DNA of 64,000 bases from contig MU008166.1 of assembly GCA_010909165.1 (NCBI GenBank), positions 62,001 to 126,000 on the forward strand, given 5' to 3'. The translations under genes were made by a program, and so were the position numbers. Positions 1 to 12,932 of this stretch are shown here, piece by piece. Position 1 is the first letter of the stretch, and each line of letters starts with the position of its first letter. Source of the DNA: Anthoceros angustus. Taxonomy: Eukaryota; Plantae; Anthocerotophyta. The notes below the pieces were generated by a model. It ran no database searches and had not been told where the DNA came from. It saw only the letters and a list, made by a program, of their open reading frames with translations.

Positions 1-9
1 AAGCAGCAC

Positions 10-1518
10 CTTCACTTTGTCGGGACGCAGCATGGCACCAAATCCTTGAGGACAAGTGAAGTATCTTCTGCCTTTGACCCTGAAACCATGAAATTCATCC
101 ACGGTCTGTTACTGCTACCAAACCAGGACAGGACAATATCTTTGACACGAAAGAACCTTAAGATAGGCAACATTAACAGACAGAAAACCACAGCAAACGT
201 ACATTCCATCATGTTTGCCCACAGGTTCGTCGTAATGGACTCCAATCCAGTAACCAGGACCCAGACCCTCAGCCTTGCCCACGAACATTACAACACCGCG
301 CTTGGCTCCAGGATCTACCTCACACCTGTCCCCCACCTGCAGACTTATTGTTATCTCTCCAACTAGTTTATTCCCTATGAGAAGGTGAGGTGGTAAACAG
401 GGCAGAAAGGGACGAGGATAAAAGCACAGAGAGCTAACATATATGCTGGCCGCGAGATCTGCCATGTGCTCATCCGTCAGAGTCTGAAAATGAAGCCAAC
501 TGTTTAGCACATGAAAGAAGCGACAGCAGAAACATTACCTTAGACTCAAGGAGAATATTGGCTGCTTTCTCAAATACCTGTAAGTCTGGAAACTTTTCTC
601 CCCTGCGCATTGCCATTTCCTGTAGACAAAACACAGTCATGAGAAGTAGACCCAGACCAATTTGTACTGAGAGCACCGAAAAATCATGACAGTTGCACGC
701 TGGAGGATGCACCTTCTCCAGGGTCCAGGTAGGATCTGCAGCGAGTTTCTTGGCCTTGAACTTTCTGAACGAGTCTGCATAGTGCAAGTGCACAATCAGA
801 ACTTTTACGCTCACAAGCAAGGGACGGTGGGGAAGTGTTTGCTCTGGAGAAAGTACCCTCTCGCTTATCGTAATCTTCTTCAGAGATTTTGTACTTCTCA
901 ACAAGGGACACATCTTCCAACCAGCCATGAGAGGAGATGGACATGGGATCAATGTCCACCACATGAATTCGATACCTGAACCGAAAACCATCGAATCACC
1001 CTTATGAGCTGTTCTCACTGCCGCGGGGAAGCACTGCAGTGCCATGTCTCCACCACCCAGCTGTCCATTCTAGCTTCTGCTGAAAAAGTAGGCGAATTGT
1101 GACCTACCCATCTCTAGGCGAGTAGAACCCCAACTGCTTATCGCCTTCAGAGAGCTCACAAACCTTGGTGTCACAGCTATCATAGAGCTCCAATCTCTGT
1201 GCCTCCACGGGTGTTCCCGTATGGTTCCTCAGCTTCTCCTTGATGGCTTCCACAGTAATCTGCACACACACTCCAGGTTCAGACAGACATGACAGGAGCA
1301 AAGTTGGAGGCAAAACAGCACATGTGTAACCTTCCAAGCGCAGCAGCTGCTGGCCACATACAATACCAGCTTCCACTCACATGAAGATCAAACCGAAGTT
1401 CATTGAAATGGTGCTTCAAGTTGGAGTGCGTGACGTGCAATGTCACGGTGTCGTCCCCTTGTCTTTGCCCAGTGGCTTCCACCACAAAGCTCTTCAGAGC
1501 TCCTAGAGATATCGACAT
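10..1518 (-). CDS. TBCB: Tubulin-folding cofactor B (Ubl + CAP-Gly); multi-exon, last exon lies beyond the left edge
   Basis: Exons with GT-AG borders at about 1381-1518, 1108-1259, 857-975, 713-774, 578-619, 439-483, 203-336 and 10-79. They join to give [11 protein letters not shown]...[14 protein letters not shown]...[30 protein letters not shown]...[14 protein letters not shown]...[21 protein letters not shown], matching plant TFCB. Confidence 0.95.
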
Positions 1519-2050
1519 AGCGGCCTTCTCGAAGGGCACAGTGGTTTACGGCAGGGCAAGGAATTCGCAATGCGGCTCGCCAAGGTCCAAATGTGAAAAC
1601 AGCCAGGAAGGGCGGGAAGCGCTGATGTGCAGACACAAGCCGTTGTTAGTTTAACGGCTCCGTGCATGTTTGTGCCCCTTCCCCGGCGCGCTTCTGTAAC
1701 ATGGTTCTTTGCATCCCAAGCACCGGCCGAAACCATGGACAGCCTTCGTAACTTACATACTGATTTGAGGTCATGCGGGCCAGTGTTCGGATCATCCATT
1801 TTGTTGGGGCTAGAGCAAAGCAAGCCACCTGGAGGTCTGCAAGCGGTTCCTGCTGTCACAGGGTGAGAGTGCACTGCTTCTCTGATGCAAGCACCAGCTG
1901 CCGAGCTTCCAACGGGAGACATGTCAGGTGGGTTCACATGTAGAGTGGGAAATCCTGGGCGTTGTGCCCCTCAATCATGTTTTCAGATGCATTGGTGTTG
2001 GATCTGGAGACTCAGGGTGCTCTCTGTGGTGATTCAGGTCGGCAGCTGAT

Positions 2051-4816
2051 TTGGGCTCCCGTGGGTCCGTGGGGCATTGGAGCAGGCTGTATGACGATGC
2101 GCAGCTGGAGGAGGCGCTTGAGGCCATGGATTCGATGGAAAAACAAGGAATTCAGGTGACGCCCAACATGCTTAAGGGCCTTGTGCAGGGATGCCTGAAG
2201 AAGAAGGACCTGGCTGCGGGCAGACGGGTGCAGGCTGTGATTCTCAGGACAGGGCTTCACGAAGACGCTTACTTGGGGAGTGTCTTGATCCGTTTGTTTT
2301 CCGCTTGCGGAAGCCTGGTGGAAGCCGATAACGTATTTGAGAAAGTGAAGGGGCCCAATTTGCAGATGTGGCAAGCAATTATCTCTGCCCATGCTAGTCA
2401 TGGCCGGGTTGCGCAGGCTATCAAGCTGTATAAGTGGATGAAGCAGGCTGGGGTTAGGCCAAACCACCAGATTTTTGTGGCGCTCCTGAAGGCCTGCTCA
2501 AGCGCAGGGGCTGTGACAGAGGGCAGGAAGATACACGGTGATGTTGTTGAGAGCGGATTTGAGTGGCACCTGTATGTGGGGAGCACACTGATTGATATGT
2601 ATGGCAAAGCTGGGTGTATGCATGATGCTAGAGTGGTGTTTGACAGATTGCCCAAGGCAGACATTGTGGTATGGAATACTTTGATCCAAGGATATTCGCA
2701 GAATGAGTTGGGACAGGAGGCTATTGATCTCTTCAAGCAGATGCTACAGGAGGGTGTTGTTCCGAACAATGTTACCTTCCTCAGTGTGCTACGAGCATGC
2801 GGCAGCGTGGCAGCTCTAGATGAGGGCAGGGTTGTTCATGCCCTGCTTAGCCAGAGTGGGTTGGCGTCAGATCTAAGTGTAGCGAACACTCTGCTTGACA
2901 TGTATGCCAAATGCGACAGCTTGATTGACGCCTTGGCCTTGTTTGAGAGCTTGCCAGAGAGAGATGTTGTCTCCTGGAATGTCCTGATTCGAGGATATGC
3001 GCACAACATGCATGTCCCAGAAGCTCTTAAACTGTACATCCGGATGCAAGAGGAGGGCAAGGAGCCAGATCTTATCACGTTTGTGAGCATTCTTAGAGCA
3101 TGTGCCGCCGTGGCAGCCCTGGATCATGGCAAGCTTATTCATGTGAAGCTAATGAAAGAAGGTCGTGATGCCGGTCTGATTGTTGGGAACACTCTCATGC
3201 ACATGTATGTCAGATGCAGCAGTCTGGAAGCTGCTCAGGAAGTGTTCGGGAGAATGTCACAGCGAGATGTGCTGTCATGGAAGGCCATAATTGGGGGATG
3301 TGTGCAAAATGGGCAAGATGAAGAGGCGCTTGAGCTGTTTCAGGAAATGCTGAGGGACGGTGTGAAGCCAGACAAATCTATATTCGCAAGTGTGCTCAAA
3401 GCATGTGGTAGCTTGGCTGCTTTGGATCAGGGGAAGCAAATTCATTCGCAAGTTGTCAAGAGTAGGTTGGAACTGGATCCCATTGTAGGAAACACCCTGG
3501 TTGATATGTATGCCAAGTGCAACAGGCTGGACGATGCCCGAAATGTCTTTGACAAGTTGCCCGAGAAGACTGTGGTGTCATGGTCGGCGATGATTGGGGC
3601 ATACGCCTCACACGGACAAGGTCACACGGCCATTTCACTATTTCAGCAAATGCAGCAAGCGGGTGTGCAACCGAATGGAATAACCTTCATAAACATGTTG
3701 AAAGCTTGTGGCAGCATGGCAGAACTACATGAAGGCAAGCAGATCCACGCCCAGATTGAGAAGAGTGGATTGGAGGAGTTTGTAGGGAATTCTCTTCTTG
3801 ACATGTATTTGAGGTGCGGGAGTGTGGTTGAAGCAAGGAAAGTGTTTGACAGACTGACAAGGCGGGACATCGGCTCATGGACTGTCATGATCGGAGGTTA
3901 TGCTGACAGTGGGCATGGATCTGACGCCATTCAGCTGTACAGACAAATGCGGGCTGAGGGCATGGAGCCTTCCAAGGTCACGTTCTTGAGCATCCTCAGA
4001 GCCTGCGGCAGCATTCCTGCACTTCACCAGGGCACACTCGTACATGAGGAGCTGATTCAAAATGGGCTTGATGCAGATGTAGCCATTGCAAACACATTGA
4101 TTGACATGTATGCCAACTGTGGCAGCCTGGATCACGCACTGGACGTGTTTGAGAAGCTGCCAGAAAAGACTGCCGTCTCATGGACAGCGATGATTGGGGC
4201 TTATGCGCAGCATGGGCATGGCCAGCAAGCTCTCCAACTCTTCAACAGAATGCAGGAGGATGGCATGAAGCCAGATGATGTCACCTTGCTCTGTGTGCTT
4301 GCAGCATGCAGTCACGCAGGCCTGGTAAATGAGGGGTTTGCCCTCTTCCGCCGCATGCACAGCGACTTTGGAGTTTCTCCAGGCATGAAGCAATATGCTT
4401 CAATGGTTGACCTCCTTTGTCGTGCCGGCCATCTGTCAGAAGCAGAAGAACTGATCGATGAGATGCCAATGAAGCCCAAAGCAAACGTGTGGATGGCTCT
4501 GCTTGGAGGATGCCAAAACCATGACAACCTAGAGCTGGGTAAACGATGTTTCGATTCCATCGTAGAACTGGAACCAGACAACGCTGCCGCCTACATCCTC
4601 ATGGGAAACCTGTACGCTGCAGCTGGAAGGTGGGAGGACAAAGCCGACACTCTGGGCAAGATGGTATCTGCAGGTGTGTACAAGGATCCTGGCTGCACCT
4701 GGATCCAAGTCAACAACCAGGTGCACTCGTTCTTGGCAACAGACTCAGGGCACCCAGAGAGGAGGCTGATCTACGACACATTGGAGAGCTTGTCACATAA
4801 CATACTCTCGACGTGA
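2051..4816 (+). CDS. PLS-class pentatricopeptide repeat protein with E1/E2/E+ domains and no DYW domain (organellar RNA-editing factor type); true 5' end uncertain
   Basis: 921-aa ORF with about 23 P-L-S repeats (e.g. VVSWNVLIRGYAHN..., ITFVSILRAC..., GNTLVDMYAKC...), then P2-L2-S2, E1, E2 and the PG box (DPGCTWIQV...HSF...HP), then a stop. The ORF opens on TTG; a candidate splice acceptor lies at 2036-2037. Confidence 0.95.
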   Translation: MGSRGSVGHWSRLYDDAQLEEALEAMDSMEKQGIQVTPNMLKGLVQGCLKKKDLAAGRRVQAVILRTGLHEDAYLGSVLIRLFSACGSLVEADNVFEKVKGPNLQMWQAIISAHASHGRVAQAIKLYKWMKQAGVRPNHQIFVALLKACSSAGAVTEGRKIHGDVVESGFEWHLYVGSTLIDMYGKAGCMHDARVVFDRLPKADIVVWNTLIQGYSQNELGQEAIDLFKQMLQEGVVPNNVTFLSVLRACGSVAALDEGRVVHALLSQSGLASDLSVANTLLDMYAKCDSLIDALALFESLPERDVVSWNVLIRGYAHNMHVPEALKLYIRMQEEGKEPDLITFVSILRACAAVAALDHGKLIHVKLMKEGRDAGLIVGNTLMHMYVRCSSLEAAQEVFGRMSQRDVLSWKAIIGGCVQNGQDEEALELFQEMLRDGVKPDKSIFASVLKACGSLAALDQGKQIHSQVVKSRLELDPIVGNTLVDMYAKCNRLDDARNVFDKLPEKTVVSWSAMIGAYASHGQGHTAISLFQQMQQAGVQPNGITFINMLKACGSMAELHEGKQIHAQIEKSGLEEFVGNSLLDMYLRCGSVVEARKVFDRLTRRDIGSWTVMIGGYADSGHGSDAIQLYRQMRAEGMEPSKVTFLSILRACGSIPALHQGTLVHEELIQNGLDADVAIANTLIDMYANCGSLDHALDVFEKLPEKTAVSWTAMIGAYAQHGHGQQALQLFNRMQEDGMKPDDVTLLCVLAACSHAGLVNEGFALFRRMHSDFGVSPGMKQYASMVDLLCRAGHLSEAEELIDEMPMKPKANVWMALLGGCQNHDNLELGKRCFDSIVELEPDNAAAYILMGNLYAAAGRWEDKADTLGKMVSAGVYKDPGCTWIQVNNQVHSFLATDSGHPERRLIYDTLESLSHNILST

Positions 4817-6108
4817 ACCGGGGATGTAAACAGGAACTCCTCGTCAGCTAGCCTGAAGTTCAACAATCTATCCTGAATGCCACTCAACTACCACCCCTCG
4901 CATCTTGAGGTATCCCACTTCCCTGCCTCGTCTCCTGGTGTTCCATATTCTAATGCACGTTCGGCTGCCTCCAACATCCATCACATTCAGCCAACCAGCT
5001 CTGATCGGCAATTGCATGGCTACAGATGTTTTGCTGTGGACTGGACTAAGAACGGGGGCTGCTGCTTGAGACTCGGTGGTTTCTAAGGTGAGATGGCTGG
5101 TCCAATCCCTACTGTTCCGGTTGAAGGAAACGAGTTGACTGCTTCTGACTGCCGTCTCCACAGGTCTGCCCACTCGAATCTTGTGGAGCAACATGTGATA
5201 GTCGTACTCGAGGCATGCGCATATTCATGAACACCATGCATGGACATGACTAATACCACCTCTTTCCCTCTAGTATCATCTTGAATAGAAGGGCCTTTGC
5301 AAGATGGCATGGAAGCTGTGTCATAGAGCCACGCGAGATCTGTAGTCTGTAGACAGCAGCGCCATGTATGTATATCCATAGGAAAACTTGTGCATTCCAC
5401 ATCCGGCATGATGGGCAGTCAAAAGTTTGGCGTGTTGACCTAATCAGGTGATGAAAATTCTGTGTCGAGCAGTTCATGATTCAATTTCTCACCGATCGCA
5501 TGCGATCTCGCATGTTGGGGCTGTGCGCGCGTGTAATCACGTAAGGACGGGAGTGACATTTTTTACCCCGGCCCGTCCCAGCCCGAGCGCAGCCGATTTC
5601 CGAAGGCGACGGCTCGACTTTGAACTCCTGGAGGCATTCTCATCCATGGCACGTGAATGAGTTCTTTGACGTTGGAACGTGGATGCCGCCTAGATATGCG
5701 GTGTGTGCCGGCTGTGGCTGTTTTCCTTGAGAATATCACGATTAGCAGCGTCCATGCCTGACGAATTCATGTGGAGCAGCAGAGATGAAAGCACTGTCCA
5801 GAGGTTGTCGCTGCGGAGCTGAAAACGAGAGGCGATGTGTGTCCTGCAGGAGTGACGAGCGCGCTGGAACATGACAGCTCCAGGGTGGAGCAGGAGATTG
5901 CGTTGGGTGCAGGGAAGAGCAGGAATTTTGGCGGGAATGATAGTACAATTGGTGGGCAGTCTGGGACGTTGAGCAGGAGCGCCTTGAGTTGACGTTCTTG
6001 TTGGCATCAAGAGAGGCGCCCAAAATTGGCTTCCATGGGCTGGGGAGCTCATGGGTGGAGCACAGGGGGTGTACCATGCTGGTAGGTACGAATTTCAAAG
6101 AAGACGGG

Positions 6109-9100
6109 ATGGATCCTGGGGTGGTGAATCTGAAGACTCTGGAAATTTTGAATGCGGTGGAGGAAATGCACAAGCTTGGAGTGGAGGAGATCGGCAGCCT
6201 GCTCAGAGGCGGGTCACGGTCTTTGAAAGTACGGCTCACCTGCGGCGATGGCTCGCCACTTCGGGTCCGTCCGGTTCTACTGCCTTGCGGACTGATATAT
6301 TTTGTGGAATTTGTGGGCCTTGGGGGGTACTGAACTTTTACCTGGCGCTGGCAGGTTGATCTGGAGCGGGTGGCACGGGGCCTCCCAATGCACCTTATTG
6401 TGTTCTTGCTGTCCACTGAGCAAGAGAGGACGTTTGACAAGTCCATGAAGTATTTGCTGCGGGGAGTGCGATTACTCTTCACTCTGAGTGAGCTTGCATT
6501 TCGAAATGCGGTTCTTGGACAGGTTTTGTCCTGAAACCCTCGAAATGAATCCTCGCTGGTTGAATGAGCCCGTCAGTAGAATTATTGTGAGCTGTTTTTG
6601 GGGTCAGGAGCTCAGGTTGCTGGCACTTTGAGGGTTGTTTCATTGACGGCTTTCTCAGACCTTATTATTGGGGGCATAATGACGCTTCCTTCTCCTTGCA
6701 AACTATGTGTCTGAGCTCTGACAGCACCCGTATCTCCAGATTTTACATGAGGACGTAGAAGTCCGGGAGCAAGTTCTGGAGTTGGTTGTTTATTTGCTGA
6801 CGTGCCTGGCGTCTTATGACAAGGTGCTGCTTCGTTGTGTGAGACTTGGTGCTATTAGCACATGCCTGCTATGGGATACATAGAATTCATGTGTATCTAC
6901 TGGTGGGCCCTGCAGGAAACGGAACTTCTGGAACCCAAAGTGAACATTGGTTTAGTCCTCACACATGCAGCTCTGTCTGCTTGTACTTTACATCTTCTGC
7001 CGGTCTATGTCAGCCATGACTGGTCCAACATCGCCCTAATTATTGTACAGCACCCGCAGGTGGGTCATGAGCAAGTTTTCTCATTACGGCAAACCTTTGA
7101 GTTGTTGGTGGTGTATCTTATGCAGGCCTTTGTGATATGTACAAGGTTGTTCTCTGACTCATGTTCGAAGTGCAGGCAGCATTCTTTTTAAACGTGACCT
7201 TTGATGTTGTCACCAAAGCCGTCAGTCTTTTCCACATCAAGCTTTCCTCATTGAGCAGCCTGCTATGGGCGAAGAAGGCAACAACACTGGCTGCTGAGAG
7301 ATATGCCTATTCCATAGCACAGCACTGTGAAGCTGCTCTGCAAGCTGTCTACAACCTGTGCCTGAATTTTAAAGACAGCTTTCTCAGGGACGAGGTAAAA
7401 CATTGCTGTGCGAAGAATCATGCGTTATATTAATGCATATCTATCATCAATTCATTCTGACTGTGTTGTCTATCTTTCAGGAGCTGTGCAAGAAGGGTGG
7501 AGTGTTGCGATTTGTCTACTCAGTCCTCTCGCTGGAGCTTCCTCGATGTTTCCTGCACTCAAGGCGGTTGGTTGCATGCATTTCAAGACTTAAATCAAAG
7601 TCACTGAGCGTGGTATGTAGTGGCTGAAGCCTGATAAAACTGAAAGTTGTGGCTTCTGTACACTCATGGAACATGGTTGACAAAGGCAATGTCCATAGAT
7701 GACTGAGGTGCTTGTTTTTGTGGAACCAGCTGCTGAAGTTCTGTGAAAGTGAGAATTCTTTCCTGGATGAAGTGGTCAGTAGTCAAAGAAGCAAGGAGCT
7801 TGCCATGGCCGTTGCTCAAAAGGTTCAATTTGAAATGTCGTTGTTCCACTGTGTTTCTACCCAACTACTTGACCTTGAGGGTCGTGAAGGTTGATGTCTG
7901 ATGAGCTCCTTGTTTTTTCCTAACAGATTCTTGGCCTGTTGAGAGCTGCCCTGCTTGACAAGCCTACTGTGGACGTGGAGGGGCAACCGCCAATGGGATT
8001 GGTCTACATCACCTCAATGCGGCTCGCTGACATCCTGACAGATGATTCAAGCTTTCGGAATTTCATTATGGATGGCATTGTATGTCACAATGGAGGCGAA
8101 GTTACCAGTTTTATGTTTTCTGTAGGTGACTTGAAAGGCAGGATCCTCATTGATACTTTCATAAGTTACAATGGGAGCTCCCTAAGTTTGTAGTATGGAA
8201 ACTAAAAGTTTTACAGCTGACCCACTTTGTGTGCTGCTCTCCCCTGATATCAGACTCGACACTTGGCTACGGTTCTGGCAGCTGCTCCACTTGATTTTCA
8301 GGCTCGGTGGTGTGGGGGACCAGACGGTGCTCATGCAGCAGTTGCAGAAAGGGATGCAGTATTGAGATATAATACGTTTCATGCTGCTGGTGCTGCCATG
8401 CTGGTTCAGAAAGGTGGCCTAGGAGTCAAATCCGGGGTTCCCTTGCAAGACTACAATTCTGGCTGTGCAATATATTTGGAAAGTGCTGTACCAGACCACA
8501 ATACGCAACAGCGATCCTCACTGTTGGTTAAGCTTTTCGCTAACCTTTTCTGCTTCAACCCCGAAATGTGCAGTGGTAAGGGCTCGATTTTGCAGTTCAG
8601 GATATTGCCTCTGGTGGTGAGCCCCAGTTTGTGTGATTTTCATGGCTTGCCACTGATCCAACATCTTTGCTATGCAGCTGACCAGAAAGATCGGTTTCTG
8701 CACTTATTGTTGGAGCACTTAGTACTGGGCCCCTTATGTCCGGAAGATGCTCTCTTCTTTCTCACAGTTGAACAGACTGCTGTGCGAATTTGTGAAAACC
8801 TTCGTAAGCTCCTGCTTGACCTGCTCATTCCTTGTATGCATGATTGTGAACTCGTTACTTTTGCAGGAATGAGAGTCATTGGTACTAACACGTTACTGGT
8901 CGCAGATAAGCTTATTGACTATGTGGTGTCCTTGGCATCGGATGATGTAAATGATGAGGATCTCCTGCTTGTGAGGTATTTTTCTAGTAATTGTGTCTCT
9001 AGCAAACGGGTTGAGCACACTGTTATTATAACGGATTGCAAGCTTGACATGTTAATGTTCTGCAGCGAGTTTTCAGCTGCATTGCACTCAGCAATATGTC

Positions 9101-11110
9101 CTTCGCCACACGTGGACGAGGCTTTGGTACTACTGCTCATGCCTCTGAAGCTTGATTTTCTTTCTAAGCCTTCAGTGTTTTATAGCATACTCTCAATTAT
9201 CTTGGAAAATGACATCTGCTGAAGATGTTGATGCTCTTTGAACTGAAAAGGGCAAAATGTTTTTGCAAACTGAACAGGAACCACCAGTGATCAGCTACGT
9301 ACGAGAAGCGCATGAGCAAAAGTTGGGTGCACTGCTTGAACGTCGTCAAAAGCTTGAGAGATGGAAGCAGTTACAACTTGGTGCTGCTCAGCTCTGTCAA
9401 CTGGAGGGGAAGACGTCTGATACGGAAATGACGGAGGCACGAGCTTCAGTTGATGAAGACCAGGATACTAGAATGGATGGAGTAAGTAATGGGGTGCAAG
9501 CTATTAATGATGAACGGTCTCTGAAGGATGGACACGTCCCTAGGCCTGGACAAGATGCAGAGGCTCAAGCACAAGACACTCGACATGTTGATCATGAGGA
9601 CCTCGATGACACAGGACCTCATAAGCAGGACAGTGAACCCAGTAGACAGGGTGAAGTTCCTGGCATGGATGACGCAGTACGCCAGCTTATCAGCGAGGCC
9701 AGGAACATGCGTGTTGATGATGTTGGCAAGCCTAAGCCAGCACATGTTAACTCTTCCAAATTAGAGGTAAGGAAGCGGTTGCTGAACACTGGACACAACA
9801 TAGTCCGAGTAATTACTTTACTTCTCGATTGTTAAGTATTGCTTCTAGTGTTGAGCTAGTTCTCCGCTCCTCTGTACAGGGAAGCAGACCGGTTGAGGTG
9901 CCAAGCTCAAAGGCACTGAGGAAAATCAAGGTTGTGAACAATAGCAGTGATGAGGACGAGAGGAAGGCTGAAAACGAAGATGAACAGGCAGCACCAGACA
10001 GGACTTTCAGTAGCGGGTGGCAAAAAGCAGAGCCAGCCTTCAGTGACCAGCAGTACCCGTACAATCAAGCCGGTGACGGATTGGCAGGGAATAGATCAAG
10101 AGGAACAAAGGAAGGTCGATCAAAGGATAAGACGAAACGGAAACGGAATATCATGAATGAAAAGCAGATCGCTATGCTAGAAAGCCAGCTGACGACTGAG
10201 CCGGACATGCAGAGAAAACCAGTAATGATCCGAGAGTGGACAGTGTTGCTCAAGCAAAATGTAAGTGTGTAGGGTTCTAGACATGCTAGGCTGTGTACTT
10301 TCATGATGTTGTCACTCACTCTCTATGATTATGGTAAGCATGAGAAAACCTAAATCTTGTGTGTTGTGTGTTGTCCATCTCAGGGTCCAGAGATCACAGA
10401 GAACCAATTGAAGAACTGGTGAGCTGTGGTTGCAGAGTCCAGAACTGTTGTTCTTCGCTAGTCTAGAACCGTGTCATTGTTGTCATCTCGAGGCAATGGT
10501 CCAACATTTGGTTCCAGTGTACGTGGATCTGATTCTGCTCCTGTTCGGCTACAGGTTGAACAACAGAAAGCAGAGGCTTGCTCGACTAGCAAGGGGCGGC
10601 AATGTAGGATCTCCCACCACAAGACCTGCTCACCTCGGCGAGGCACCTTTTGTGACTGCCGACACAGAGATGCCAGGCCTCCTTCATGACAGCGGCAGCG
10701 GCAGCATAGGGCAAGCACCAGTCTCAAGCTCAACCACAGGCGGGCAATACAGCGGGATCCAAGAGCCTCTGGCGGCACTGCCAGTGGCTCAAGCACAGGA
10801 GGTCCCGGAACTCGCCGCCGCCCCCTTGGCCTTGCCTCACTACGTCAAAGGGCAGCAGGTTATCTTGCTGGACGATAGTGGGAGGGAGCTCGGGATCGGC
10901 ACCATCGACGAGCTCGACGGCCACTGGAGAAGCAGGAGGTTAGACGAGCAGAACCTGTGCCTCGTGGAAGTCACCAAGCTGAAAGTAGCCAAGGAGACTG
11001 CCATCCCCTACCCGTCGCAAAGGGGGGGTGGCACGTTCGGACAAGCGGAGGCCCTCCTTGGTATCATCATGGTTTTTTGGAGCATGACAAATATGCGACC
11101 AGTCGTTTGA
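6109..11110 (+). CDS. NDX: Nodulin homeobox (NDX) protein, multi-exon
   Basis: Exons encode VDLERVARGLPMHLI...YLLRGVRLLFTLSEL, ELCKKGGVLRFV, PMGLVYITSMRLADILTDDS(S)FR, RSSLLVKLFANLFCFNP, the atypical homeodomain RKRNIMNEKQIAMLE...EPDMQRK...QLKNW/LNNRKQRLAR and the NDX C-terminal domain (GQQVILLD...GIGTI...LCLVEVTKL). All parallel Arabidopsis NDX. Confidence 0.9.
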
Positions 11111-11263
11111 ACTGTTGCCAGCCTGCGGATTGTAATTACTTCACATATGTAGACTAATTCTTTGCTGGCAAGAAGAAGCCATTCAATAAACAGTACGCGT
11201 GTGGTGGAATGTGGCAGCCTTTTTAGAAGGAAAAAAAATAAAAAATTCCTGCACACATGTCAT

Positions 11264-11336
11264 GGGGGCGTAGCTCAATTGGTAGAGCGTGCGCTTTGCA
11301 TGCGCAAGGCACCGGGATCGAAACCCGGCGCCTCCA
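11264..11336 (+). tRNA. trnA-UGC: tRNA-Ala(UGC)
   Basis: GGGGGCGTAGCTCAATTGGTAGAGCGTGCGCTTTGCATGCGCAAGGCACCGGGATCGAAACCCGGCGCCTCCA. It folds as a cloverleaf with G3:U70, anticodon TGC, and A and B boxes. Confidence 0.97.
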
Positions 11337-11799
11337 CATCGTTTGTCCAACCTATCCGTAGACACTTTTCAACCGGCGAACGGTGTTCTCCTCGACAGAA
11401 GGGCAAGTCGGAAAACGACGAGCAGCGAGGAGGTGGGCGAGGACTCCGAGAACCTGGACCTCGCTAATCACGATGTCTGTGATATTCTCCCGATCCCCGA
11501 CGAAAGCGTCGTCTTCTTCCCGTTCTGGGCAACAAAGGTCACTGATCAATCGCAATCGCTGGCAGGATGGCATTTTTCTTTCAGCAACCCCACTCGTACC
11601 CGTGATTCTTATCTGTTCCACGTTCACGTCCAGGATCAGGCTCCGATCACGCCGCTACTACCATTTCCGCCCTGGAAAGGTCCACCCGGTGATCTCCCGC
11701 GGGCGCCAGAGCTAGACCCATGGCTCCAACAGCAAATGTTGAACTCTGCACGCGGAGATCGCACAGGGAATCTGTCGTTCTAGTTGTGCGGCAAACAAA

Positions 11800-12932
11800 T
11801 TTGTTAACGTTGTCGGGTTGAAACTTTCCAATTCGCGCGGGATTTAAAGTTGCCGCTGCCTGTGCCTGTGCCACTTCATTACGGGATGATCCCACTGTTT
11901 TGCTACAACTATGCCGTTTCCAAATCTCCCAGTTCCTTACAACAAGCTGACCCGGGAGATCGGGGCGGGAGCGTTGGGTAAAGTCTATCTGGCTACCCAC
12001 CAGCACACTCGCCTCGAGGTTGCTGTTAAGGCGTACAACTGCCAGGATTTGAAGAGGATCCCACGAAACCTGTCGAAAGGTTAGTGAAGTCGGATTTCAT
12101 TCGATTAGCAATGTACACGGGCTCATGAACCCCTGCACTAGCACTGACAGTAGTAGAAGCCACAGTGGTGGACTTACTAATAGGATTAATTGTACTTACA
12201 GCAGAAATTTGGTGGAGTGTGCCTTGCAGTGAGGCAGGAGGCCAGCATTATGAGGTCTTTGACTGGCCATCCTCACATTGTGCAATTCCACGAATGTGTG
12301 GAGACGCCTGAATGTGTCTACGCCAGCATGGAGTATGTGCACCTCTTGGTGATCTGCATGACTTCGGCATGGTTGTGAGTGCTGGGCCTACGGGGTATCC
12401 AGCAGGTATAACATATTTAAATACGCGTGTGTCTGCCTAGATACTGGCGTTGGTTCAGTAGAGAATGTCACTCGAATGTCAGCTCTGATATTACTTAGCA
12501 AGCCTGTCTCTTGAGTCCAACCTTATTCGGATGCAGGTCATATCGACGGTTGATTATTGCCACCAGCATGGAGTGGCGCACCAAGACATCAAACCAGAAC
12601 ACATTCTAATAGATGCACAGAACAACATCAAGCTTACTGGTTTTAGGCTGAGTTGCATCATGGAAAATGGGGTCCATTGCGTGAGCAGCTGTTGCGGGAC
12701 TTGAGAATATGCAGCTCCAGAGGTACGTGTGATAGCACTTCAGTTTTCAGGCTAAAACACTCCAGAAGCAGCTAGATCGGTCGGGATCACATGCATGTTT
12801 AACATGGGGTGGACTCCTTTTTCTGGACAGCTGTCGGCTCCAGGAAAGCCACACTCAGGGAAGGCAGCAGATGTGTGGAGTTGCGGCGTGTTACTCTTCG
12901 CACTTCTGTGCAGGAAGCTGCCCTTCGAAGAA
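11800..12932 (+). pseudogene. Truncated, disrupted copy of the divergent SnRK1alpha-like kinase
   Basis: Colinear with 14841-15958 ([40 protein letters not shown]...KLPFEE). It has a frameshift near 12340, an in-frame TGA just before EYAAPE (about 12701), and ends abruptly after KLPFEE. Confidence 0.85.

Noticed and set aside
5742-6482. 246-aa minus-strand ORF
   Set aside because: It is the antisense shadow of NDX exons 1-2.
11289-11783. 164-aa ORF overlapping the tRNA (and its paralogous ORF 14205-14702)
   Set aside because: It starts inside the tRNA, and the reading frame is not conserved between the two duplicated copies; probably the upstream/UTR region of the kinase.
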